The translations under genes and the position numbers were made by a program. A stretch of DNA of 64,000 nucleotides from Moniliella sp. 'wahieum' (lineage: Eukaryota). A model generated the notes under the pieces. It did not search any database. It had not been told where the DNA came from and worked only from the letters and a program-made list of their open reading frames with translations. Positions 39,624 through 50,172 of this stretch are shown here, piece by piece. Numbering within the stretch: position 1 is the stretch's first letter; every line of letters starts with the position of its first letter. The stretch lies in the NCBI GenBank assembly GCA_003971905.1, contig RSEE01000004.1:806001-870000 (forward strand). Reading direction: 5' to 3'.

Positions 39624-40699
39624 TAGTGACGATGCGGAGAGGGGAAGAGTTGGATTTTTTGATGTGGCCCGCGGCGAGTGTGACGGTGCGGTGGAGGCCT
39701 GAGCGGGCTTAGAGATCTGACGGCAAATCACATCTGCTATTAGATGCACACAGCTATCCCATGAAGTGTTTGTCACATGTCAGTACTCAGTCTACGTACT
39801 CAGTGTTATCCGTCCTTTGAACAAGAGCAATGCATCATAGCCATTCTATATTCTACCACACGGTTACGGATGAGATATATTCCGGTTACCCATTTAACCG
39901 ATTTTTTGCATGTTAAAAGTCAGGACTCCACGGTCCTTAGTAACTACTAGTAACTACTAGTGACTAGTTAGTCATGCTGCCTGCTATCTGTCACACACAA
40001 GACTTCCTACGCGTCAGATTATGTTGGGTTCCCGTCCCTATTCCATAGCCACAAAACAGCAAACAACACATTTAGCCGTTCCGCGGGCCGGGGGGGACGA
40101 AGAGCCCATTCTTCAGTTGGCTCACCGGTCGTCCCCCTTGGCCAAAATCATGGCCCGCCGTCATGGCAATTGAAGGGAGCTTCGCCGAGTACGTCTGTAT
40201 GTATCCAACACATTCTGTGAGTTGTGAGTTGTGAGTACAGTAGAGTGTACTTTAGGATACTGAGTACTGAGTACTGACAATTGGTGATAATACTATGTGT
40301 CTCCAGGCCCCAGGTCAGAGCTTCCAAGCTTCAAGCTTCTCAAGCTTCACGCGTTGCTACACTAGTGACAATTTAGCGTCTACTAATACTAGCTAGTGCT
40401 AGAAGTAATGACCACCAAGTACTAATCAAAAGTCGTCAAACGCACCGGCTCTCATAGATCATATATCACAAATATGTCCCAGAAGTCAGGGTCTCGGTTC
40501 CGCGAATTTCGCCGCAGACAGGCAACGGAGGTGGAACAACGAACTGATGGAAAGGAATGGCTCGAATGGGAATAAGACGCAGGATTTGTTGAGGAGGACG
40601 ACAAGAAGTCTTTGTAAGGTCTATCCGACAGACAATGAAACAGAGAGTATACCGATCGTCAGCGCCCCATCTACACGTTTGTTTAGATGACAACATCAA

Positions 40700-41700
40700 A
40701 CTAAGCGGAGGGTTGTGAGCAGTAGCCAAAATGTAGCGAGGAAGATGCTGTCGAGGCATTGTCACGGGCCGACACAGCCAGGGGGATCACCCGGGTTCTT
40801 GGGGTACAATCTCTTAGGAGACGGAAGAACGACTCACGGTAGTTTCCGGCTTGTGGTAGTTGGTGAATCTGAGCGGCGCTATAAGGAGGAGGAGAAGCCT
40901 TTGGGAGGGCGACTGCACGTGTGGCAAGGCTGCGTCTACACCGGCTTGGGCCGTAGTAAGGAGCCTGAAGCCTCCGGGGCTTAGGGACGGGAGGAGGCAG
41001 AGGTGGACATACACTGCCTCACCTGTTGAGACTGGATAGAGACTATTAGAAATCGAAACGCGGCCGAAGGGGGCTCGCGCAACTGGACTGATGGAGTGCT
41101 GGAGGACGAGGTCGAAAGAAGAGTCGAGAGCTACCAAAAGAGGAGGCTGCCTGTACTGGATCAATCGTCTGGAAAACGGGCAGGAGTCGGACAGGATAGG
41201 CGGGGAAAGGACGAGAATGTTGACTGTGATCCTCCGGCTCCCAGTCGGTAGACCAGGTTCGCCTCGGTTCCATCGGCTTCCACGCTGGGAGTGTCCCGGC
41301 GTATCACTGTCCCTGCGCCCTGCGTTCTCTCCTGTGTGCCTCACTGGTCCTGTGTCTAGTCCGGCCTCGATATAGATATGCCTCTGTACCCAGATCCAAC
41401 TCTGGCTCTAATCCATCACCTTCTCCTCATCCTTCTGCCCCTCCGGCTCCCTAATAGGTCAACAAGAATGGAGGGTGGGGAAAAGGATCCCCACCGACCA
41501 GGGGTACAGAGGCTAAATCAAAGGGGGAAATGGACACAAGAGGGGGGTGTAGAAAAGAAGACACGTCAAAAGAGGGGTTGGTCGCGACCGAAAAAGGAAA
41601 GGGCGACGGACGTCGCAAAGATACTGAATACTTGTGATGGCCTCATTTAGGCCAACCGACTTAGACTTGGGCGGGGGGAGACTACTGTCGCGCGTACGCC
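40700..41700 (+). mobile_element. Possible decayed LTR-retrotransposon 3' remnant
   Basis: Polypurine tract GGGCGGGGGGAGA then CTAC-TGTCG at 41669-41690 resembles a PPT/LTR junction. The upstream peptide LYWINRLENG only weakly resembles an integrase C-terminus. No intact domain seen. Confidence 0.25.
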
Positions 41701-42245
41701 TGGCTACTCGGGCCACCGTACATGGTGCAACCAACCACGTCAACTTGGTTCTGCTTGGGGGCGCGCTTCACTGAGCATGTGCAGAGCTGAGGCGGGCCTT
41801 AGCTTGGGTCAGACCATCCTGGATCCGAAGCGGCCGCAACACGCACAGTGCACAATATGCGAGGAGATGTCTGAGGAAAAAACCTTTGTATGTGTTATTG
41901 AGTTCCCTTTTAGGGAGAGTGGACACTGAAGGCCCAGCAATACCCTCGAGCAAACACTGAAGATGCCGAACCAACGCTAGACGAGAGTGCAATGATGCAT
42001 ATGGGAAAATCCTAGCACAGCCAACACACGTATTAGCCAACCCACACAGAGAGCGAGATCCCACAGCCTATGATCCCTCCGTTACCTCAGAGAATGCTAG
42101 ACGTGTTTGGTAGTCTCTGACAACACATCGCCTACATTTGTCAAGGACATGCTCCCAACAATAGTGGATAGGAGCAGCTCATAGCCCAGGAGCAGCAGTT
42201 CTATCACCCATGTGGTGACCAACCCTCCACGATTCCCGTTTCTTA

Positions 42246-42392
42246 TGATCTCCTGGCGATTCCCCTGGCTCCTTAAGTGGGATTAGCGCTACCAAAAGCA
42301 GCACAAGTAAGATGAAGGGGTCGCTTTAGGGGTACGTTTCTCTGTATCAGCCTTAAACTCTGACAATGATGGTATGGATTGCAGAATATAGA
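42246..42392 (-). mobile_element. Repeat family A copy 4 (Helitron-like 5' terminus)
   Basis: Aligns over ~150 bp with 17243-17390 (tgatctcct...attcccctgg...gcgcta.caaaagcagcac...gatgaa.gggtcg.tttagg...ccttaa.ctctg.caatgat...gcag). Begins A|TC on the minus strand. Confidence 0.6.
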
Positions 42393-42567
42393 TAGAGGAT
42401 TTTATCTAATAGAGATGGAGTTGGGGCGTCACATGTCACATAATGCAGCGTCACAAAATCATGTCTTCACTGCATGAGCGGACGTCGGGAAAACCATCAC
42501 ATCAGCGCAATGTCACACACACTGCGATGCCATGTATTGTAGTCCTTTTGGCAGAGACCGTTGGGCA

Positions 42568-42637
42568 TCTCTATTCTCTCCCATGTCATTGGCAGAGCTT
42601 AAGGTTGTTGGGACACAGAAACGCTGCGCCTAATCCG
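42568..42637 (+). mobile_element. Repeat family A copy 5 (Helitron-like 5' terminus), plus strand
   Basis: A|TCTCTATTCTCTCCCATGTCATTGGCAGAGCTTAAGGTTGTTGGGACACAGAAACGCTGCGCCTAATCCG. Confidence 0.6.
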
Positions 42638-42766
42638 CATCCAGCGGATGGGTGATAAAACGTCTCCAGCGTGGAATGGTGGAAGGTGTAGAAGGTAGAA
42701 TATGTGTGGTTACGGTGGCGACACGACAAAGGCGGGGTGAAAAATTAAAATTTGTTAGATGACCAC

Positions 42767-42952
42767 ATCACCCAAAAAGCTGTATAAAGTTCCTTCAACA
42801 GTTTTGGATAGTGGCCACATGAGGTTGAGCGTTTTGGCCCAAGAGGTCAAGCACTTGGTAATCACCCAAAAATGCGTATAAAGTGCCTTCAAGAGTTTTG
42901 GTACTGTGGCCACATGAGATTAAGCGTTTTGGCCCAAGAGGTCAAGCACTTG
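42767..42952. repeat. Tandem duplication of a ~94-bp unit (2 copies plus decayed partial)
   Basis: atcacccaaaa...gtataaagt.ccttcaa.agttttgg...gtggccacatgag.tt.agcgttttggcccaagaggtcaagcacttg occurs at 42767 and 42861. Confidence 0.85.
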
Positions 42953-44422
42953 ACCCACCTGAGGTCAACCGGTTTGGCCACATGCGCTCAAGCGCTTGGC
43001 CCAAATGGGCCAAACGCTTAGCTGTTGATTGGATGCGTGCTTGTAGGCTTTCTAACCGGCTGGCTGATGGGGCTGGCATCGATCCAGAACTACTAGATTT
43101 ACACAGGCAGAGGGTAGGTATTTTTTAGGTATAGAATGCATTCGAAGATCGCTGGGAAGCGATGACACGGCAACCACGGTAGGTGTGACGTCAGGCGGAA
43201 GCGGAAGCACCACAACATAGTAGAGCAGCGAGCGGTACAGAAAGTGGCAGTTAGTGTGGGGGACGTGCGCACTAGGGGAAGCTGGCCAAGTGTGCAGCAG
43301 CATAGGGTTAGCGAGAGACACAGAAGATGTGCGACGGACTCACGGGTCAGGCGATCAAGACGGCCAGTAGCGGGGCAAGCGGGATGAAGTCGGAATGCAC
43401 ATGGTAGGGCGAACAAGGTCAGGAACAGCGTTGGCATATAACAGAGGGACGTCGTACGACGCGCGAAACAGGTCAGATGAGTTGAGGCGAACAAGGCGAG
43501 ACGAACCAACCGTGGGATTCCGTGCATACAGCAGCTGGGCCAGACAGTGTCAGTGGGGCAGGACACTCCAAGCGCGAAGTACGGAGGACGTACGATAGCA
43601 AGGCAGACCAGCCAAGCGAGAGGACCTGAGGCGAGGGCAAAATGGAACCAGACGGACAAGGCCGTAGGTGAGCGAAACGGTGCATGCACGTCATGCATGC
43701 GACCCACAAGGTCAGCAGAAGTGTGGGGAATGCGGAGGGAAGCGGGCACGTACGATGGCTCTGCGGGATCAGGTGAAACGAGGGCAAGATGGTCTGCAGG
43801 GGGGAGTCTGTGTACGCGGGGTCAGCAACAGAGCGCTGGTGAGGAAAAGAACACATACGACAAAAGCAAGCATGCAGACAGTCTGAGGGGGACGGGGAGG
43901 AGAGGCACAGGGGGGCGTCCAACAGCGATACTGACGAGGCGAGGAGGGCAGAGTGCGGCGGGAGGGGGAGAATAGAGACGTACGGCAGCAATGCAGACCA
44001 GGCGCGGAGAACCGAGCGATGGAGGCCGGATGAGGACGGCGGGCAGTAAGCAGTGCAGGCAGCAACGATGGTGATGTTGGTGGCCAGGGGAAGAAGATGG
44101 TGCTGTTGCGCGTGGCACAGGGATACTGGTTGCGGGCGCAATGAGAGGGGCGGTGGTGAGGAGACAGGATGCAACCACAGAGGAGCAGGAGGTTAAAAAG
44201 AGGCGCGTGTGGCGCAGCCAATCTGTGCGCACAGGCCATCTGGGCTACGCCAGGGGCCCTATAGGCAATCCTGGGCCACACCAGGGGCCTATAGGTAAGC
44301 TTTATATCTGTCTAACGCGCGCACCACTAGCGGCCCCCTGCAGCAGCGTTCGGAGGGTCTAATCATCAATCAGAGCGCTCTTTTGAGTTTGCCTATTTGC
44401 GACTTGCTGTAGTACTGTTGTC

Positions 44423-44673
44423 TGTTGCGACGGTGACTAGTTACTACTAATGCCTTCACCGAACGCGGCGCATTTGCAGCTTCTCTAGCCCGAGCCTCCG
44501 CGGGCTCCGAAGACTGGTGATGCGCGCGTACCCGAGAGTAAGCCAACGACTAGTAGCCTTGTCCAGTAGCCCTCGTCCTGCTTCCTATCTCGCCCGCAAT
44601 CGATCGCCTACGCTACTGTCCCAAACGCTTCAGCATCCATTGCGGTCTCCATAGCCGGGTGAATCGCTATACA
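44423..44673 (+). mobile_element. Short LTR, probable solo LTR (family B copy 1)
   Basis: TGTTGCGA...TCGCTATACA termini; aligns along its length with 49529-49808; flanks TGTC/GGTC (4-bp TSD with 1 mismatch). Confidence 0.7.
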
Positions 44674-46799
44674 GGTCACGATTATCCTCACTGAGCTATC
44701 TAGTGACGAGTGACTAGTGACCTACGGTGTTACATCAAAAGTCAAGGCGATAGCCCCTGGTCGAGGTCAAGGAGCTCCGATGTTGTAACCATTCCATTTA
44801 GCTTTTGTGTTGGCTTTGTCCATGATCTCCGCATCCCTAAGGTATTATAAGCCTCTGTTGCTCTTTCATGCACCTTGTATTAAGCATGTCGTGGCTGTGG
44901 CGTATTCGACCACCACACTGCCAACACTATAGTGCTACCACATCACCCATCAGGGTGGCCATCTGGACTGCGCCACTCTCATCTTCAGATAGGGGATGAC
45001 GAATGTAATACGCCTTGGAAGGGCATCAAAGAAGCGGGAGAGAGCGTGCGTCTCTGGGAGAGGGGCAGTTTTAAGGTTAGAGGGGACAAGGTTTAAAAGG
45101 TTAGGGGGGCCGTGATCGTCTGCCGGACCTGTGACAAAAAAGCACCCACCAATGCATATCATATGTACAACCCATCTCGCCCATCCTTTTACCAAGTCGC
45201 CACCGCCATGTTTCGACATCGGCTCACACAAATGCCGACCGATGGAACGAGCCGCACACGTGCACAATAGGACAGACGCATCTGCTGTACCTTTTCCCGC
45301 GGCCTGGTCCACGGTGAAGCAGGACGAGGGGTTGCTGTACCAGTCCCTGCTTGCCCAGTTCGACCGATGTCCGGTTTCATGCACTCAAGCACACGAAGGT
45401 GCGCAGGTACAGCCACAACGTGGCGCTGGGTGCGAGGCTGGGGGCCAGTCACGCCATTGACGAGGTGGCCGAAGATGCGAGCATGCCCCAACCACCTGAC
45501 GCATGCTCGCCTTCCCCTGCTTCCCGTGCCTCCTCGCCTGTAGACACTACCATGGCCGAGGACGAGTTATGCCAGACGTAGCCCAGTGTTTCCTTTGGAC
45601 CACCTTCAAGAGCCCACGGGCGCGTCCTTTGCCGCCCGCGGACGCATGACAACCCGCTCGGCGCCCCGAATGAGCGTGTCGAGCAAATCCGCAACCAAGA
45701 GACTGATATTCATCTGCGATCTCAACACGGAGGGTATCCCTGGCACAGAGGGCACCAATATCCGAGCTAGGGGTTTGTTGGCTAACCTAAAGACTGGGGT
45801 TGGGAAGGATGTGCGCACTATGCTTGTTGCTCTCCCATTCGCGGCGCTCCCATCCTCGAGACACTCTGATGGCGTCGATATTCCACGAGTAGTGCTGGCC
45901 CCCAGCCAATAACAGGATTGCAACGAAGGGTGCCATGCACCTGTGGGACAAGCGCGCCAAGAAGAAGACACCTGCCGTGGCCGCTGTCGGAGGAGGGGGC
46001 AACAGCGACGACTCTTCGGACAGTGACAGTGATTGATGCGAGAACCAAATGGACATGCATTGCGCGATGAGGATGAGTATAGGTTTGGTGGCAGTCGTCA
46101 GTCATCGTAGCCAGACCATAGGGTAGTGCGCATCCCGGACCCATCAGCCGGAACCTCTCGAGACGTGAGATGGGGCGATGGGCTGCGCTTTGATATGATG
46201 CGCATGCACATAAACGCTCTTTTGCCGGCGAACGAGCCAGGTGACGGATGACTGTCATGCGTCCCACGCGCAGGGGCATGGCCGAAGGGAAGGGGCGGTT
46301 ATGGAGTAAGAGGCCAGACGGTGAGGCGTGGGTTGCAGCCCCAAATGGATGTCGCCACAAGGGTCGGGTCTCTGCCACCGGCCTCTCAGCCCATTCCGCT
46401 TATGCAGCCGATTTACCCATTTTCCAATCCCGCCATGACCCATGTTTCAATTTTTCACACCCGCCCGTGACGGTGGCCCAGCACCCAGTCTATCGACATC
46501 CGCGCGACGAGGGTGGCGAAGCCCCAGCAAACCGGGCCGTAGGACCACAGTAGTTCCTAGTAATACATAATGCATAACTGCAGAACTGCAGAACTGACCA
46601 TAGAGGTCAATGCACAGAAGAGCAGCTGTAGAGGATCACAATACTTTAACATACGCATTTTAGGAAGGATGGGGGCACCAAAAATGGACCAGACGTTGGG
46701 TATCAAGATGGAAGGAGAGCCAGTAGCCTGTTAGGCTACTAGTGTCCGTCATCACTGAGGAAAATCTGGAGAGATGGTGGCACAGGACACGATCGGCTA

Positions 46800-48500
46800 T
46801 CAAGAGAGGCGGCAGTCCTCCCTCCCCCTCCCAAACTACTTGCGCTGGAAATAGAAACCTAATGATGGGTGACGACGGCTCGCTTGGGACGAGAAACCGG
46901 TACACCTCATCTTGGGTTTCCCGTCCTTATCACTGTACCGGGATGGCCGCTTGAACCCCAAATTACCCTTCCTCGGTGTTTTAAGAGAGGTGGGACGAGT
47001 GATGGGTCACCATGTGTTTGGTGCTTTTGTGCCACACACATCGTGCTAGGAGGGGACGGGGAGGGGGATTAGCCTTGTGGCTTGCCGCCGGGAGAACTCT
47101 TGGAGCGCCTGGGCCATTTTGATCGTGGCACATGCTCTATTTCCTCAGCAGTAATTGGGGGTTGGCCTGTATCGGGTGAACCAGATCCTTGACAGCAAGG
47201 GGGGTAAGGAGATGGTGCGGAACTTACCTCTACAAATGCACCAACAAAGACTTTGCCTTGGCTCCGCAGGTGTCGCATTTGGTTGTGCCGCGAGCGTCGC
47301 ACAAGCAAGCATGGATCCTGCGACCGTACAATTGACGCAGGTTGTACTATTACGGACGCCTGTGCTTCGCACCAAAGCACTCGTCCGGATCAACCCCTCG
47401 ACAGAGCAGACAGGTAGAGTAGCCTGTGGCGTGGCAGTGTGAGCACTCGACCATGACTTCGAATTCAGGCAGGCGGAACGTCTTCTTGACCTTGGCTTTT
47501 TCAGTAGGGATGTGAGAGCTGGTGTCCAAAGGAAGGAGCCAAGCTGAGGGCAATGTTGGCACTTGCTCCACTGTGTCCATCATCTGAGCTCGCTCGGATG
47601 GTGGTTCAGAAGCCAAGGGCTTCCACCGGATTCCCTATTTTCAAGCACCGCCACTCCACGGATCACGCTTTGCTCTGTTACATGCTCAATTTTTACCTTT
47701 AGTGAAGCCATGAGCTCCTCTTCTTCTTCGGGGAGAATGGGCTTGAACCGTGCCCGCACAGCCTTGACCACCGCAGGTGGATTTTCGTGAGGTTTGCGCA
47801 CTTTTTCCTTGCCAGGATCAGCACGATGGGTCAAAAAAGGGTATTGCTTCACAATGCGATCCCGAAGTTCGTTCTTTGTCGGAGGTCGCACCTCGTGGTT
47901 CAAAAAGGCGAACTGCACATCCGATACGGATACGTTGGAAAACAGCTTGGCATCAGCAGCCCCTTCTTGAGAGTATAGCAAAGCTGCACTTGGGATTTCA
48001 TTATCCTCCCTCTGTTTCCCTTCGACCCACTCTCGATTCGTTTTGATAAATTCGACCCTTTCTTGTTGGCGCGAGTCATTCTCCTCGAGTGCGGGGGTAG
48101 ACAGTGACCGATTTGGACTCAGCTCGTGGGAAGATACAGAGCAGGGTACCTGGGTGTTTGCAACGCCGGCCATACCTTGGCGATGACGATGATAAGATAA
48201 ATAACCACTAGCTAGGACTTTGCGAGAGACTCCATTTGTTAGCAAAAAACCAACCTGGATAGGGCGTTGGTATTCAGCTTAAGAGGGCTTCATACCTTCA
48301 GGAGCGATGTTCGCCTGTAGCATGGAGCACAAGTCCTCAATTTCGGCCTCAAGAGGTGGATCAATGGTAAACTGGGGGATAGTCAGACCGGGAACGCTGA
48401 GAAAAGTGGACTGTGTGTGGCTGATCATTAGGAGGGGTGGGAGGGTCTCGCTCAAGAGGGGAGCTATTGACGGCGGTGAAAAGGTAGGGAGGATCATGGT
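46800..48500 (-). CDS. CxxC-repeat zinc-binding protein (DnaJ-type Zn finger repeats; SSUH2-like), multi-exon
   Basis: VECSHCHATGYSTCLLCRGVDPDECFWC...TCVNC...ACATC...KCDTCG. Introns at ~48294 (GTATGA...GCTAAC...TAG) and ~47228 (GTAAGT). Ends uncertain. Confidence 0.55.
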
Positions 48501-48966
48501 GGAGGTTGGGCATGAGAAGGACGCTCATGAGGGACGTGCGGCAAAAAGAGGGAAACTGTCGAGAGAGGTTTTGGCTGTGCCCTGCGTTAAAAACGGGCGC
48601 GAAGAACTGCAGGAGTTCACAGGCCCGACAAGCAGAAGATACAGAGGTAATATATTTTCTAGGAAAATCAGTAGTGCACTTTAATGTTAACAGTATGAAG
48701 CGAAAAGAGTCGGTTGGCACTTACTGTCGGCTGCATGGGGAAAACCACCATATCATAATAATTCTGCCCCAACAGTTCGTAATTCATCAGACACGATGGG
48801 GAAGGGATTGTACTTTACCCAACTCGCGCAGTTGTGGGTGTTTATAGCTGTAGTGTTGGTCGTCAGCCAGGTTATTTCCCGATATAGCCTGTGCTGTTCA
48901 ATTATTCTGAGTGTCTCTTTTGGCCTGTGCCGTTCCCGCATCATCCATCATCGATCATCACTTATA

Positions 48967-49072
48967 GGCGAAACACATGGGAAGACGCACGCGGGGCGAA
49001 TCACGCGGGGCGAAACACATGGGGCGACACACGTGGGGGCGAATCACGCGGGGCGAAATCAGGCAAAACACG
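48967..49072. repeat. ~14-bp minisatellite (GGGGCGAAWCACRY), about 7 degenerate units
   Basis: ggcgaaacacat...ggggcgaatcacgc ggggcgaaacacat ggggcgacacacgt gggggcgaatcacgc ggggcgaaatc. Confidence 0.8.
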
Positions 49073-49528
49073 TTAAGCTTTAAGGTTTAACGTTCACTCA
49101 TGCACCTGCATGAGCATGAGCGCATGAGCGCTGTTGAACCTGAGCCACAGGAGCCTTGTGACATGTGACATGTGAATGAAGTCGGAAAGCAAAACCCATC
49201 CAGGCGGCATAGTAGTCCGTTTCGGAGATTCCGACGTTGATTATCAATGATCGATGATCTATCCTCCTTCCTCGGCTCCGGTTGCTGGTTAATATACGCG
49301 CGTTGCGCATTACGCGTTACGCTAGTTACTATTACTGGCTTATTTACTCTCGTTCCCCCCCCGCACTGTTGTGACAGTGACATGCGATGTGGCGGGGAGA
49401 GAGCGCTGCGGGTGCAGCAACAGTGTCTTCGCGGTGAACCAGTGAGACCACGTCTGAGGTCAGAGGGCCTGACCGGCGGACCGGCTGACCGCCATAATAG
49501 CCTACTGAGCCTGCCTGAGCCTGAAGAG

Positions 49529-49808
49529 TGTTGCGACGGTGACTGGCTTCACCGATCGCGGTGCACTTCCGGCTTCATTAGCTCCGAGGCTCCGCGGGCT
49601 CCGAGTGCTGCTGATGCGCGCGTACCAGCGTAAGCCAACGACTAGTAGCCTTCTCCTGTAACCTTATTTTGTCCTGCTTCTCCTACCGCCAACGCCTAAT
49701 ATCTCTCGCCCGCAATCGATCGCCTACGCTACTGTCCTAATCGCTTCAGCATCCATTACGGTCTCTATAGCAGAGTGGCCAGGACGCGGCCAGGACGTCT
49801 TCGCTGCA
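49529..49808 (+). mobile_element. Solo LTR (family B copy 2) with perfect 4-bp TSD
   Basis: AGAG|TGTTGCGA...TCGCTGCA|AGAG; TG...CA termini with short imperfect inverted repeat; paralog at 44423. Confidence 0.8.
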
Positions 49809-50119
49809 AGAGGTCGAGGAGGTGAGTTCGACTAATTTGACCCCCCCCCCCCGCAGACACATCCCTTCAATTCGGCGCTCTCGGGGGGGCATGGTTGTGA
49901 CGTGTGCGTGATGTGTGATGCATGTGTACGTTTTCACTTTTAAAAGGGGTAGTATGAGTCAGTACCTGTCAGTAGACTCATACTCCGTATTCATACTCGT
50001 ATTAATAGTTTACCCACGAGAATATTTGTATGGTATTCATCCTCAATATTCAATGCTCAGGCCCTGAGCGCCCTGAGCGCTCAGCTGAGCAGTCAGACTG
50101 ACTAGTAACTGTGACAGTT

Positions 50120-50172
50120 TGTAGCGACGTCCTGCGCCATCCCCTGCTATGGAGACTGCAATGAATGTGAAT
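50120..50172 (-). mobile_element. Truncated LTR end (family B copy 3), inverted
   Basis: Reverse complement cattcattgcagtctccatagcagggg...caggacgtcgctaca matches the right end of copies 1 and 2. Confidence 0.7.

Noticed and set aside
17355..39776. Shared peptide end CI(H/Y)IID(R/K)A* in ORFs 17355-17840, 31902-32159 and 39588-39776 as a protein family
   Set aside because: The similarity is only the translation of the non-coding family A repeat; the upstream residues are unrelated.
43099..44281. Long overlapping ORFs (170-233 aa)
   Set aside because: Low-complexity Leu/Pro/Ser/Cys translations expected from strand-skewed GC-rich non-coding DNA; no motifs.
45240..46036. Protein-like fragments ending DDSSDSDSD*
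   Set aside because: In-frame stops and no recognisable domain; possibly a decayed gene or TE, but not supportable.
48967..49072. CRISPR-like array
   Set aside because: Contiguous 14-bp units without unique spacers, eukaryotic context, no cas genes.
44423..49808. One 5.4-kb LTR retroelement carrying the CxxC gene as cargo
   Set aside because: Each LTR has its own flanking TSD (AGAG perfect; TGTC/GGTC near-perfect), the outer flanks do not match, and no PBS/PPT or gag-pol is seen.
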